64,000 bases of DNA from Macrostomum lignano (lineage: Eukaryota), in NCBI GenBank assembly GCA_002269645.1, contig NIVC01001641.1:124001-188000 (forward strand), given 5' to 3'. The notes under the pieces were generated by a model. The model did no database searches. It was given only the letters and a program-made list of their open reading frames with translations, and was not told the origin of the DNA. Positions 23,572 to 37,082 of the stretch are shown in pieces; the first letter of the stretch is position 1, and the number at the start of each line of letters is the position of its first letter. Position numbers and translations under genes: made by a program.

Positions 23572-23825
23572 TGCAGCTTTAGGTCTTTGTCCAATCTGAT
23601 TGAATGCTGGCATCAGATTCTGTAGCTTTGAGGTCTTTGTCCAACCTGATTGATTGGCACCATCAGATTCTGTAGCTTTGAGGTCTTTGTCCAACCTGGT
23701 TGAATGCTGGCATCAGATTCTGTAGCTTTGAGGTCTTTGTCCAATCTGATTGAATGCTGGCATCAGATTCTGTAGCTTTGAGGTCTTTGTCCAATCTGAT
23801 TGATTGCTGGCATCAGATTCTATAG
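23572..23825. repeat. 50-bp tandem repeat (about 5 copies), LARP1 intron 8
   Basis: tgaatgctgg recurs at 23601, 23701 and 23751. Confidence 0.9.
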
Positions 23826-24108
23826 TCTTTGTACCGGTACTATAGGTACCTATAAACTGTATTGAACGCGTAGGTTTTTTGTGCGGGTGAGAATAACAAT
23901 TGTGGAGTCTCGACTGACTCCGCTGCTTTACATTTGTTAGTAAGTGAAGCGTGCACGTTGGGTGTATACACCTGGCCGATTGGCTAAATGTTACGCAATG
24001 CCTGAGTTGAATACAATATTGTTGAAACATAAATACAACTGAAGTACTCAATACTAGTACTCACGCCACAAAATCCCCACTCCCCAATCCCCACCCCAAA
24101 ACCCGCAG

Positions 24109-24354
24109 TTCATCCCGCCCCAGGGCTTCTTCGTCCGCAAGCGCAACCGGAACTCGCGCTGCTACAGCGAGTCCGAGGGCGCAGCCGCCGCTGTTGCCGC
24201 AGCGGCAGCAGCCGCCGTCAACAACGGGCCAAGCAGCGGGGGCGCGAAACAAAGACTCAGCGTTGGCCAATCAGCGCCGGCCACGCGCTCGGCATCCGCG
24301 GCAGCGTCTGGCGCGGCCACGCCCGTGCTGGGCAGCAGCGCGCCCTCCGATTGA
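24109..24354 (+). CDS. LARP1: LARP1 terminal exon 9
   Basis: cccgcag|TTC ATC CCG CCC CAG, phase 0; FIPPQGFFVRKRNRNSRCYSESEG...SD, stop TGA at 24352-24354. Confidence 0.8.
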   Translation, partial: FIPPQGFFVRKRNRNSRCYSESEGAAAAVAAAAAAAVNNGPSSGGAKQRLSVGQSAPATRSASAAASGAATPVLGSSAPSD

Positions 24355-24778
24355 GTCTTTGTTGCTGTTTGTTTATCTTGATTGGATTTTTGACGGTTTG
24401 AGTTCCGGTACATGGACTGCTAATGCGGGATTAGCTGGACTGGAAACTGACGCAAGTGAAGTGGCCGCATAATTATTTACCAACTGCCATTCGCTTTGAG
24501 AGTTTATTTTTTCTGAAAATGATTTCCTTCCAGTCCAGCTGCTGTTTGTTGTCCATGGTTTGTTCAAACGTATAAGCAGCGTATTTTTTAATATTTTTTC
24601 TTTGAGCGAATCGTGTGAAACCGAAGACAAAAAAGCGGCATGATTTTTTTCTGTAATTTTTTGTCTAATTAACTTTTTTAAATAGTTGGTCCGCGCTATC
24701 CTACTGTAAGTAGCTGCACAGTTGAACATATTTAATTCTAACTTCTATGCGTGTTTCTTTGTCTTGGACTCTTGGAAT

Positions 24779-24906
24779 AATAAAATTTCTCCCTGCCCTC
24801 TGGTTTCGGTTGTTTGCCGTGCTGTGGAGACCTGCGGCCCTTGTTCACCTGTAATTGTTTGTTTTTTTACAATTTTACTTATTTAAAATGCTTTGTCAAT
24901 AATAAA
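24779..24906 (+). terminator. Candidate LARP1 polyadenylation signals
   Basis: AATAAA at 24779-24784 and 24901-24906, following a U-rich 3' region. Confidence 0.45.
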
Positions 24907-25689
24907 CAGCTCGCCTAACTTTTGTTAATTATAATATAAAATTTCTTCAAATTCTTGGCGCCTTAATTAATACAAAAACAACTGCCACAGTCCCTGAGAT
25001 CCCTGGACCGCATGCTTGGTACCGTCTTCCCAAATTTTTTAATTAACCCCGAGCTGACACAAATAGGACTTAACTTGCAATAGCGGTAATTCTGTTTCTA
25101 CTGCAACTTCTCTGCTTGAAGTCTGCTTTTTAGAAGAATTAAAATTTAAATTGCTGTGCATCATTTCAATAATATTAATAATATGTTGCATAGATGATTT
25201 GTCCTTGTTTATCAATTACCGCATCGCTTATCATTGTCCCATGCTTATATTGCCTATTGATTTGTGTTAGGGATATCGTGTCAACTTCTATACTTAATTG
25301 AGTGTTTTAGAGTAAGTATGTGTAAAGTTATGTAATTTCTTGCTTCAGGTTTTAGTCGCTATCATTACTCATAAGTCTTTTTACTTTTTCGAGAGAAAAA
25401 AATTAACCCCACTCTAACTGACTACTGTTTCCCGCTCCAGTCAGTAGTATAATTGTATCGGTTTTTTCTTGCTGCGAATTTAGGCCGCACTGTTTTTTGC
25501 ATGCCAACTAGTGCTGCTAAGTCTATTGCTTTAATTAATCTGTTGCTTTGCCGCTGTTCAGGTAAATAAAATTGCTAGCTAAAAGTTTTGGGAGTATTTT
25601 GTCACTTCTCCCCCTCCCTTCTTTGGTGGCTGATCCGCTGAAATCCTCGAGCAACACTTTGTTTGCTAATTTGAGTTTAAGAGGATCCT

Positions 25690-26283
25690 GGCTGTTTCAT
25701 AAGCTATGTCAGGCTGTGTCATAAGCTGTCAGGATGTGTCATAAGCTATGTCAGGCTGTGTCATAAGCTGTCAGGATGTGTCATAAGCTGTCAGGATGTG
25801 TCATAAGCTATGTCAGGCTGTGTCATAAGCTGTCAGGATGTGTCATAAGCTATGTCAGGCTGTGTCATAAGCTGTCAGGATGTGTCATAAGCTGTTAGGA
25901 TGTGTCATAAGCTGTCAGGATGTGTCATAATCTATGTCAGGCTGTGTCATAAGCTATGTCAGGCTGTGTCATAAGCTATGTCAGGCTGTTTCATAAGCTA
26001 TGTCAGGCTGTGTCATAAGCTATGTCAGGCTGTGTCATAAGCTATGTCAGGCTGTGTCATAAGCTGTCAGGATGTGTCATAAGCTATGTCAGGCTGTTTC
26101 ATAAGCTGTTCCAGGCTGTGTCATAAGCTATGTCAGGCTGTGTCATAAGCTATGTCAGGCTGTGTCATAAGCTATGTCAGGCTGTATTGTAAGCTGTGTC
26201 AGGTAGTGTTACCAGCTTTCAGGCTGTGTCATAAGCTGTCAGGCAGTGTTATTAACTGTGTCAGGCTGTGTCATAAGCTGTCG
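25690..26283. repeat. 20/22-bp minisatellite (GTGTCATAAGCT(AT)GTCAGG(C/A)T), intergenic
   Basis: Tandem units. Confidence 0.93.
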
Positions 26284-26974
26284 TTTGACATGAGATCAAG
26301 CTTTGTATAAGCTTTCCAGAGCTGTGTCAAGCTATCATAAGCTGTCATAGTTTACATGTATTACAATCATCATTTGTCATGAGAGCCTGTGTCCGGTGCC
26401 CGGTGGTGCCTTAGGCGAATGTCGAAAGCACAATCGGCGTCGTTAAGCTTGCGTTCAATGGATCTGTCCATTTAATATTTAATCGCAACATATCGGTAGC
26501 CAGTATCGGTTATTTGATAAGTCACTCCCTCCAGTTGCTGCAGATGCACTTCTCTGGCTCAGTTTCATAGGGGGCAGACTGACAAGAGAGCTTTGTGGGG
26601 AGAAGCCCAGTCTAGGGGGAAAACGATCCCAAGCTACCTCAGTTCTTCCCTTGTTCTTTTCGACAATAAAATTGCAGTCTTTGAGGACAGTGAGACAGCA
26701 GACTGGCTCGCTATTCAGTTTGGGTTTGTATTGTCTCAGTCACGAACCGCTGGGATCTTTGCTCGTCCACCTGTCAGTCTCGCTGGTAGTCCTTCCGATT
26801 GTTCGCGAGTTTCACGAATTGAGAGTTTTTATTGGAGTTGGCTTGTGTGAGTGCGATGGAAGCAGTTGGCCATTTTTGTTGCCATTTAATAGTTACATGA
26901 AATTATGGTGCCATCTGACATCTAGTTAGTAATGCTTATTAGGGTGCCCACTGACAACCCTCTAGCATCTATTT

Positions 26975-27443
26975 ATGGCATGTGGCATTATCTGACCCCA
27001 ATTATGGCATCATCTGACACCTATTTGTGGCATCATCTGCGACACCTGTTTATGGCATTATCTGACACCTATTCATGGCATCATCTGACACCTATTCATG
27101 GCATCATCTGACACCTATTCATGGCATCATCTGACACCTATTCATGGCATCATCTGACATCTATTCATGGCATCATCTGACACCTATTCATGGCATCATC
27201 TGACACCTATTCATGGCATCATCTGACACCTATTCATGGCATCATCTGACACCTATTCATGGCATCATCTGACACCTATTCATGGCATCATCTGACATCT
27301 ATTTGTGGCATTATCTGACACCTATTCATGACATCATCTGACACCTATTTGTGGCATCATCTGACACCTATTCATGGCATCATCTGACACCTATTCATGG
27401 CATCATCTGACATCTATTCATGGCATCATCTGACACCTATTTG
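26975..27443. repeat. 23-bp minisatellite (CATCATCTGACACCTATTCATGG), intergenic
   Basis: Period 23 (27061, 27084). Confidence 0.93.
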
Positions 27444-27693
27444 TTAGCATAGTCGACCTCTGACCCCTACTACACATATCGGCATATTTTTGAAAGATCG
27501 GGAAAAACAGTCCCCTAAAACTTCAAACGCAGACTTAAGTATTTCCGCCACAATTACCGCGCAAAGCCAAATGCTCATTGTGCCTATAAACAGCTTTGTT
27601 GATGAGCATACATACCGCGCGCTACAACTTTTGGCCAGTCTCTCTGACACGTATCTTAGACTAGACTGTAATTCTAATGACCTGAACAAATTT

Positions 27694-27719
27694 ATTGGCC
27701 CAATCTTGTTTCAGCCAAT
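27694..27719 (+). promoter_or_regulatory. Three CCAAT boxes about 350 bp upstream of the RBM24/38 start codon (candidate promoter)
   Basis: ATTGG at 27694, CCAAT at 27700 and 27715, followed by GC-rich sequence. Confidence 0.3.
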
Positions 27720-28067
27720 GGGCAGAGGGCGTCAGATGCATAGGCAGTTGTATGCCTGTTCTGTCTGCCAGCAATTGTGTGTGCTGGTGGCTCCTGCGCC
27801 CCCCCCCCTTCCCCACCCCTCCAAGGGGGCAGAGGGCCGCCCGATGACGGAGGGGTGTTGTTTCGGCGGAGGCTGGGGTGGCCGCTGGCGGGGCTGGAAA
27901 TTGTTTTGCAACTGTGTAGCCGCCGCATCCGAGGGCGAGCCGGCCGGGTGTGGAATAAAAGGTGCCCTAACCCTGCTTTTTCCGCTGTGCAGCAGCAGCA
28001 GCTCTCTTTAGCTGACAGCCCCAACCGCAAGTTCGCCCAGGAAAAAGCAGTAGCAGGTTCAGCGACA

Positions 28068-28256
28068 ATGTCTTCCAACTCGTCATCGCCGCTGGTGCAC
28101 CAGAAGGACACAACCTACACGAAGATCTTCGTGGGCGGCCTGCCGTACCACACCACGGACGAGACGCTGAGGAAATACTTTGAGCAGTTCGGTGACCTGG
28201 ACGAAGCGGTGGTCATCACGGATAGGAACACGAATAAGAGCCGGGGCTACGGATTC
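28068..28256 (+). CDS. RBM24: RBM24/RBM38 (SUP-12/SEB-4) family RRM protein, exon 1
   Basis: [52 protein letters not shown] is near-identical to the RBM24 N-terminal RRM; donor TTC|GTGAGT. Co-ortholog of vertebrate RBM24 and RBM38. Confidence 0.95.
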
Positions 28257-28287
28257 GTGAGTAGCCGCCGGGACTGGGACAGCCGGG

Positions 28288-28705
28288 CTGAGATTGCGAG
28301 ATTCTGGAGTGAGATTGTGAGATTTCAGAGCGAGACTGTGAGATTTTCGAGTAAGATTGTGAGATTCTGGAGTGAGATTGTGAGATTTCAGAGCGAGACT
28401 GTGAGATTTCAGAGTGAGACTGTGTGATTTCAGAGTGAGATTGTGAGATTTTAGAGGGAGACTGTGAGATTTTTTAGTGGGACTGTGAGATTTTGGAGTG
28501 AGATAGCGAGATTTCGGAGTGAGATAGCGAGATTTAGGAGTGAGCTTACGAGATTCTGGAGTGAGATTGTGAGATTTCAGAGCGAGACTGTGTGGTTTCA
28601 GAGTGAGATTGTGAGATTTTAGAGGGAGACTGTGAGATTTTTGAGTGAGACTGGGAGATCATGAGATTTCAGAGTGAAATTATGAGATTGAGGCTGAGTG
28701 AGAGT
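28288..28705. repeat. ~21-bp degenerate minisatellite (GAGATTGTGAGATTTCAGAGT), RBM intron 1
   Basis: Tandem units starting 31 nt after the donor. Confidence 0.85.
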
Positions 28706-29954
28706 TTAAGTGAGATCCTCACCTCTGGTGGTGAGACTTTAGGAAGAAGAGTGAGGCAACCGGAGCCCAGACTTCAATATCTACAGGTGGAAAAAGTTAG
28801 AATACAAATTTCGAATGCTCCGCTGCTAATAGCGAAATAGCGAAACAGTTCCAGCGGAGCACCTGTGCGATGGCGCCCCAGTCTGGATAATGCAACTGCA
28901 AAATAAACTGCCTCTGTGGGTCAATTAGGCAGGCCGGGAACCTGCAGAGCTGCCCCATGGCTGCAGCGGACTTACCAACCAGCCTCCAACCCCCATCCCA
29001 AAACGCCCCTGTTGCTGCCCACCGCATTCCGTCCGCCTGTGAGGCTGCGTGAGATGAGGCTTGAAGTTATTGTTCCACCAACGTTGCCGCCCGCGTCCTC
29101 AATGCAAATTTCTGCAGTTTAACTGAGGCTGGAGAGCCCGCAGCCTCCTGTCTCCCTCTCTGCCCCCCTCTCCTTCCCACCCCTTCCCTGCTTCTGTTCT
29201 GTCAGCCGCTGGGAACCCATACAATCATCATTTTTAATAGTTTTATATTTTCAGCTAAACACTATTTCTCTTCTAAAAGCTGCAAATCTGCCTGATTCAG
29301 CTTTTGGCTTGCCCGATGGCCCACTGGTAACACCTGCAGACAGTCCAAGACTTTGCCATCAATAAAAGCAAAGGTTAATTGCCCGCCTGACCCCGGGGGG
29401 GGGGGCAGCCCCCTAGCCAGTTTCTTCAGCCGTTGCTGATGGAGCTGCGGGCACCAAAAGCGGAAAACTTTGTACAGCCCCAGTCGGTTGATAAGAGAAC
29501 AAACCATTTTCTGCTTTCTGTGCCGGGCTGGTCTGACCCAAAATCCTACGCCGGCACAATTATCCCCGCTTTCTTCCCCTTCCCACTCTCGTCCCCTCTC
29601 GGCCGAGTCTGTACACTCGAACAGCGAAGCGCGAAAGCCAAGGGGATTTTGGAAGATTTCGTGTGCGTCATGCGTCACGACTGCGCCTAGGGAGGGGGGG
29701 GGGGCTCCCAGCAGACCCTCCAGCAGCCCCCAGTCCGAGATTATCAGACTGAACCTTCTGTACCTCTTGTACCTATTTTGGAGGCTTCGCGTTTGTTAGC
29801 AATCCAGCTTTTTGCATTTTTTGCTTCAATGTTGCAGAAGTAACAACTGGCAATGCCTTTTAAGCTGATCCTTTGAAACCGATGCTTACTGACGGTTTCC
29901 CTCCGATTCTCTGCCCCGACAAATTTGAAATGAGAAATACTTTCGCATTAAGTT

Positions 29955-31187
29955 TGGCTTAGTCCTGACACTGGTATTAGCCTGGTCCTGACACTTGAAT
30001 TGGCTTGGTCCTGACACTGGTATTGGCTTGGTCCTGACACTGGTATTGGCTTGGTCCTGACACTGGTATTAGCTTGGTCCTGACACTGGTATTGGCTTGG
30101 TCCTGACACTGGTATTAGCTTGGTCCTGACACTGGTATTGGCTTGGTCCTGACGCTGGTATTGGCTTGGTCCTGACACTGGTATTGGCCTGGTCCTGACA
30201 CTGGTATTAGCTTGGTCCTGACACTGGTATTGGCTTGGTCCTGACGCTGGTATTGGCTTGGTCCTGACACTGGTATTAGCTTGGTCCTGACACTGGTATT
30301 GGCTTGGTCCTGACACTGGTATTGGCCTGGTCCTGACACTGGTATTAGCTTGGTCCTGACACTGGTATTGGCTTGGTCCTGACGCTGGTATTGGCTTGGT
30401 CCTGACACTGGTATTGGCTTGGTCCTGACGCTGGTATTGGCTTGGTCCTGACACTGGTAGTGGCTTGGTCCTGACGCTGGTATTGGCTTGGTCCTGACAC
30501 TGGTATTGGCTTGGTCCTGACGCTGGTATTGGCTTGGTCCTGACACTGGTATTGGCTTGGTCCTGACGCTGGTATTGGCTTGGTCCTGACACTGGTATTG
30601 GCTTGGTCCTGACACTGGTATTAGCCTGGTCCTGACACTGGTATTGGCTTGGTCCTGACGCTGGTATTGGCTTGGTCCTGACGCTGGTATTGGCTTGGTC
30701 CTGACACTGGTATTGGCTTGGTTCTGACACTGGTATTGGCTTGGTCCTGACGCTGGTATTGGCTTGGTCCTGACACTGGTATTGGCCTGGTCCTGACACT
30801 GGTATTGGCTTGGTCCTGACGCTGGTATTGGCTTGGTCCTGACGCTGGTATTGGCTTGGTCCTGACACTGGTATTGGCTTGGTTCTGACACTGGTATTGG
30901 CTTGGTCCTGACGCTGGTATTGGCTTGGTCCTGACACTGGTATTAGCCTGGTCCTGACACTGGTATTGGCTTGGTCCTGACGCTGGTATTGGCTTGGTCC
31001 TGACGCTGGTATTGGCTTGGTCCTGACACTGGTATTGGCTTGGTTCTGACACTGGTAGTGGCTTGGTCCTGACACTGGTATTGGCTTGGTCCTGACGCTG
31101 GTATTGGCTTGGTCCTGACGCTGGTATTGGCTTGGTCCTGACACTGGTATTGGCTTGGTCCTGACGCTGGTATTGGCTTAGTCCTGA
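29955..31187. repeat. 23-bp minisatellite (TGGTCCTGACACTGGTATTGGCT), RBM intron 1
   Basis: About 53 copies; source of the spurious SGPSQYQCQDQANT ORFs. Confidence 0.97.
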
Positions 31188-31580
31188 GGTTCACACCTGA
31201 GCGACTAAGCTGATTACGGCCATCCAGTGCAGCAGTTAAACTTGTTAAGTTTGAGATCAGAAAAATGATGAGGGAGAGAGGCTGGGGAGACTGGCCGCCC
31301 CGCAGTTGCACAGGCGGCAGCTCAGTCCTGTCACAGACGGCCAGTGGGATCTGCAAATTAAAAAAACCAAAAAAAATTTATTGACGACTGTTTGTCTCCA
31401 GTGCTCATCTATTAATTATTATTCACAAATTTATTTTGTTGAAAATGTTGACCAGGCAGCCGTGTGTGCGGCAGGGAGCAACCACGCTCGAGGTGGTCAG
31501 GGCTCAGCTTTTATCCTAGACTGGGTTGGGAGCAAAGATGAGAGATGGATGGGCTTGCTGCTAGCGCCTGACCGGGTAAC

Positions 31581-33497
31581 GTGGGAGTCAGGGTGCTGTG
31601 TCAGTGGGAGTCAGGGTGCTGTGTCAGTGGGAGTCAGGGTGCTGTGTCAGTGGGAGTCAGGGTGCTGTGTCAGTGGGAGTCAGGGTGCTGTGTCAGTGGG
31701 AGTCAGGGTGCTGTGTCAGTGGGAGTCAGGGTGCTGTGTCAGTGGGAGCCTAGTTGCTGTGTCAGTGGGAGTCAGGGTGCTGTGTCAGTGGGAGTCAGGG
31801 TGCTGTGTCAGTGGGAGTCAGGGTGCTGTGTCAGTGGGAGCCTAGTTGCTGTGTCAGTGGGAGTCAGGGTGCTGTGTCAGTGGGAGTCAGGGTGCTGTGT
31901 CAGTGGGAGTCAGGGTGCTGTGTCAGTGGGAGTCAGGGTGCTGTGTCAGTGGGAGTCAGGGTGCTGTGTCAGTGGGAGTCAGGGTGCTGTGTCAGTGGGA
32001 GCCTAGTTGCTGTGTCAGTGGGAGTCAGGGTGCTGTGTCAGTGGGAGTCAGGGTGCTGTGTCAGTGGGAGTCAGGGTGCTGTGTCAGTGGGAGCCTAGTT
32101 GCTGTGTCAGTGGGAGTCAGGGTGCTGTGTCAGTGGGAGTCAGGGTGCTGTGTCAGTGGGAGCCTAGTTGCTGTGTCTGTGGGAGTCAGTGCTGTGTCTG
32201 TGGGAGTCAGTGCTGTGTCAGTGGGAGTCATGGTGCTGTGTCAGTGGGAGTCAGGGTGCTGTGTCAGTGGGAGTCAGGGTGCTGTGTCAGTGGGAGCCTA
32301 GTTGCTGTGTCAGTGGGAGTCAGGGTGCTGTGTCAGTGGGAGCCTAGTTGCTGTGTCAGTGGGAGTCAGGGTGCTGTGTCAGTGGGAGCCTAGTTGCTGT
32401 GTCAGTGGGAGTCAGGGTGCTGTGTCAGTGGGAGTCAGGGTGCTGTGTCAGTGGGAGTCAGGGTGCTGTGTCAGTGGGAGTCAGGGTGCTGTGTCAGTGG
32501 GAGTCAGGGTACTGTGTCAGTGGGAGCCTAGTTGCTGTGTCAGTGGGAGTCAGGGTGCTGTGTCAGTGGGAGTCAGGGTGCTGTGTCAGTGGGAGTCAGG
32601 GTGCTGTGTCAGTGGGAGCCTAGTTGCTGTGTCAGTGGGAGTCAGGGTGCTGTGTCAGTGGGAGTCAGGTGCTGTGTCAGTGGGAGTCAGGGTGCTGTGT
32701 CAGTGGGAGCCTAGTTGCTGTGTCTGTGGGAGTCAGTGCTGTGTCTGTGGGAGTCAGTGCTGTGTCAGTGGGAGTCATGGTGCTGTGTCAGTGGGAGTCA
32801 GGTGCTGTGTCAGTGGGAGTCAGGGTGCTGTGTCAGTGGGAGCCTAGTTGCTGTGTCAGTGGGAGTCAGGGTGCTGTGTCAGTGGGAGCCTAGTTGCTGT
32901 GTCAGTGGGAGTCAGGGTGCTGTGTCAGTGGGAGCCTAGTTGCTGTGTCAGTGGGAGTCAGGGTGCTGTGTCAGTGGGAGTCAGGGTGCTGTGTCAGTGG
33001 GAGTCAGGGTGCTGTGTCAGTGGGAGTCAGGGTGCTGTGTCAGTGGGAGTCAAGGTGCTGTGTCAGTGGGAGTCAGGGTGCTGTGTCAGTGGGAGTCAGG
33101 TGCTGTGTCAGTGGGAGTCAGGGTGCTGTGTCAGTGGGAGTCAAGGTGCTGTGTCAGTGGGAGTCAGGGTGCTGTGTCAGTGGGAGTCAGGTGCTGTGTC
33201 AGTGGGAGTCAGGGTGCTGTGTCAATGGGAGTCAGGGTGCTGTGTCAGTGGGAGTCAGGGTGCTGTGTCAGTGGGAGTCAGGGTGCTGTGTCAGTGGGGG
33301 TCAGTGCTGTGTCAGTGGGGGTTAGTACTGTGTCAGTGGGAGTCAGTGCTGTGTCAGTGGGGGTCAGTGCTGTGTCAGTGGGGGTTAGTACTGTGTCAGT
33401 GGGAGTCAGGGGTCAGTGCTGTGTCAATGGGAGTCAGGGCGAGCTATGTCAGTGGGAGTCAGGGTGCTGTGTCAGTGGGGGTCAGTGCTGTGTCAGA
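31581..33497. repeat. 23-bp minisatellite (GTGCTGTGTCAGTGGGAGTCAGG), RBM intron 1
   Basis: About 80 copies; source of the spurious VLCQWESGCC ORFs. Confidence 0.97.
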
Positions 33498-33614
33498 GAT
33501 GCGCTAGAGTTAGTAGGAGTTATTAGGTTGTGTCAGTTTGAGCAATATTTCCTTGTCAGTGGATGTCAGAAAAGCCCTTAGCTGCAATCGTGAGCTTCAA
33601 ATCCGCTGCCGCAG

Positions 33615-33738
33615 GTGACCATGAAGCGGGCCGAAGACGCCTTCAGAGCCATCCAGGAGCCGAACCCGTGCATTGACGGCCGCAAAGCCAACGTGAACCT
33701 GGCTGTGATCGGCGCCAAACCCAGGAGCATCCCTAACG
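33615..33738 (+). CDS. RBM24: RBM24/38 exon 2 (C-terminal half of RRM)
   Basis: [37 protein letters not shown]; ccgcag| acceptor and G|GTGAGC donor. Confidence 0.95.
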
Positions 33739-33796
33739 GTGAGCGGCTGCGGGATTGGGGATTCGCAATGCTCTCCTGGCCGCGTCTTCGCCTGGC

Positions 33797-34520
33797 ACCT
33801 CCTCTCTCCCTCTCTGCCTCTCACCCTCTCACCCTCTCCCTCTCTGCCTCTGCCTCTCTGCCTCTGCCTCTCTGCCTCTGCCTCTCTGCCTCTGCCTCTC
33901 TGCCTCTGCCTCTCTGCCTCTGCCTCTCTGCCTCTGCCTCTCTGCCTCTGCCTCTCTGCCTCTGCCTCTCTGCCTCTGCCTCTCTGCCTCTGCCTCTCTG
34001 CCTCTGCCTCTCTGCCTCTGCCTCTCTGCCTCTGCCTCTCTGCCTCTGCCTCTCTGCCTCTGCCTCTCTGCCTCTGCCTCTCTGCCTCTGCCTCTCTGCC
34101 TCTGCCTCTCTGCCTCTGCCTCTCTGCCTCTGCCTCTCTGTCTCTGCCTCTCTGCCTCTGCCTCTCTCCTCTCTCCCTCTCTCCCTCTCCCTCTCTGCCT
34201 CTCACCCTCTCACCCTCTCCCTCTCTGCCTCTGCCTCTCTGCCTCTGCCTCTCTGCCTCTGCCTCTCTGCCTCTGCCTCTCTGTCTCTGCCTCTCTGCCT
34301 CTGCCTCTCTCCTCTCTCCCTCTCTCCCTCTCTCCCTCTCTCCCTCTCACCCTCTCCCTCTCTGCCTCTCTGCCTCTCTGCCTCTCTCCCTCTCCTTTTC
34401 TGCCTCTCTTCCTTCTCTCTCTGTTTCTCTCTCTCTCTCGCCCCTCTCTCTCTCTCTACTCTTTTCCTCTTCCTTTTCCTCGCACCATCTCCCTCTCCTC
34501 CTCCCTCTCTTCTTCTCTTT
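33797..34520. repeat. (CTCTGC/CTCT)n polypyrimidine repeat, RBM intron 2
   Basis: Nearly pure C/T with a periodic G. Confidence 0.95.
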
Positions 34521-35281
34521 TTAACCCCACCTTGATCTCTTATCTCAGTTCGTCTCTTTTGGGTAACGCATTAAGAAGCGCCTTGTCTCCATTCTGATTT
34601 CAATCGATCCTCATTTTCCCAGATTCTGGGGATCAGCATTTTAAAAAAGCAGAGCTACCTCAGCTGCCCCAGCTGCCGTTTCTTGCTGCTTTTGTTGTCC
34701 TGCCGTGCTCTGAGCATTTCCGCTCTGCCGGGGGTTGGGGGTTCTCAAAACTTCCTCAAGCTAGTCTTATCCCTAACCCTAAGTCAGCCTAATAAGCTGC
34801 CCCAGTCCAGACAGCCTGAAGACTTCGGTCGGTTTGCGCGTGGACAAAGGATATATTTTTTACAAGGGGAAGCCAGCAAGGAAGAGGGGGGAGAGACGAG
34901 AAAGAAGATCTTTAGAAGTTTCATGTCGGCACTCAGCAAGCCATGCTGCTTGAGCTGTCCGGGTTTTGAGCAGCCTTTGAGATATTGGCGTCATTTTTAT
35001 ATGCAGTACCTGCACACATTGACTTGACTGGGTAGCCTTTGTTGGCTGCATCTCCGGGGAGCGGACACCTCCGCCTGCGCGAGGCTTGTCAACGGGAAAC
35101 CCCTTCTTGGCGTCCGGTTCTGGTGCGGAGCCCGCGAGCGGTGATTTTTTTAGGCACGCGGATGCCAGCCCTGCCTTGCAGGCTCCGCGCCTCGCGAAAT
35201 GTTGATTCTTATTCACAGAAAATACCCGCAACTGTGGATGCCCTTTAACAGAGCGTGGTTATCTAAGCAGTATAATATTAA

Positions 35282-35642
35282 ACACTTTTACCCTCTCTGA
35301 TCTTCTCTTACCCTCTATGATCCTCTCTTACCCTTTATGATCCTCTCTTACCCTCTATGATCCTCTCTTACCCTCTATGATCCTCTCTTACCCTCTATGA
35401 TCCTCTCTTACCCTCTCTAATCCTTTTTTGCCCTCCCTGATCCTCTCCTACCCTCTCTGATCCTCTCTTATCCTCTCTGATTCTCTCCTACCTTCTCTGA
35501 TCCTCTCTTACCCTCCCTGATCCTCTCCTACCCTCTCAAATTCTCTCTTACTCTCCTTGATTCTATCCTATCCTCTCTAATATTATCCTGCCTCTCTGAT
35601 CCTCTCCTACCCTCTCTGATCCTCTCCTACCTTCTCTGATCC
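35282..35642. repeat. 20-bp minisatellite (CCCTCTATGATCCTCTCTTA), RBM intron 2
   Basis: Tandem units. Confidence 0.9.
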
Positions 35643-36112
35643 TGTCCATGCCACTGTGGATACTGTTAAAGTCTGTCCTAATCACAAACATATTTCCATC
35701 TCCCCTTTCATTTTTCCTGTTGAGCAATGAATTTGAAATTTCCCTACTGCAGCAACGAATCCCCACTAGAAATCACTATCGCTGGTTTTCTGCCCTTGAG
35801 TTCAAAATTTTAAGCCGAAGGTCCGTTGATTAAATTTTAGCCTTTAGCAGAGGCTTTTCGAATGACTTTGAGCCTTGTCGGCTGTGGAGGCAGCTGAAGA
35901 GGAGAGATCAGAGAGAGATGATGGAGCTGGGGAGCTGCTGTGGAGGGGATCAGAGAGCAACAAGTTTCACCAGGGGATGCCCTCAAAGACAGACGGCCTT
36001 CACTGACTTGTGCGGCCTCTAATCCGAGCTCTAGAGACAAGGTGGGCCCAGCCTCCGCCCCGGCTTCGCTAATCCCCATCTAGCTCGTGCTGCATCCCAC
36101 TGCCCGTGTCTA

Positions 36113-37082
36113 TCCTCACTCATGAACTCACTCAAGAACTCACTCATGAACTCACAGATGAACTCACTCACTCATGAACTCACACATGAACTCACTCAAG
36201 AACTCACTCACGAACTCACACATGAACTCACTCAATCATGAACTCACACATGAACTCACACATGAACTCACTCACTCATGAACTCACACATGAACTCACT
36301 CAAGAACTCACACATGAACTCACACATGAACTCACTCACTCATGAACTCACACATGAACTCACACATGAACTCACTCACTCATGAACTCACTCATGAACT
36401 CACACATGAACTCACTCACTCATGAACTCACACATGAACTCACTCAAGAACTCACTCATGAACTCACACATGAACTCACTCAAGAACTCACTCATGAACT
36501 CACACATGAACTCACTCACTCATGAACTCACTCACTCATGAACTCACTCACTCATGAACTCACTCAAGAACTCACTCATGAACTCACACATGAACTCACT
36601 CAGAACTCACTCATGAACTCACCCATGAACTCACTCATGAACTCACACATGAACTCACTCAAGAACTCACTCATGAACTCACACATGAACTCACTCACTC
36701 ACTCATGAACTCACTCACTCATGAACTCACTCACTCATGAACTCACTCAAGAACTCACTCATGAACTCACACATGAACTCACTCAGAACTCACTCATGAA
36801 CTCACACATGAACTCACACATGAACTCACTCAAGAACTCACTCATGAACTCACACATGAACTCACTCAAGAACTCACTCATGAACTCACACATGAACTCA
36901 CACATGAACTCACTCAAGAACTCACACATGAACTCACACATGAACTCACACATGAACTCACTCAAGAACTCACACATGAACTCACACATGAACTCACTCA
37001 TGAACTCACTCATGAACTCACTCTGAACTCACTCATGAACTCACTCATGAACTCACTCATGAACTCACTCATGAAATCACTC
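36113..37082. repeat. 12-bp minisatellite (CATGAACTCAC(T/A)), RBM intron 2
   Basis: Tandem units. Confidence 0.96.

Noticed and set aside
24194-24472. 92-aa ORF as the LARP1 C-terminus
   Set aside because: Different frame; the phase-0 splice from exon 8 selects the FIPPQG…SD* frame ending at 24354.
24355-28067. LARP1 and RBM24 as a trans-spliced operon
   Set aside because: The 3.7-kb gap has its own CCAAT-containing promoter-like region, and I recognised no spliced-leader evidence.
29948-33581. Many 100-400-aa ORFs (SGPSQYQCQDQANT; VLCQWESGCC)
   Set aside because: Products of two 23-bp arrays inside RBM intron 1, with no splice or codon evidence.
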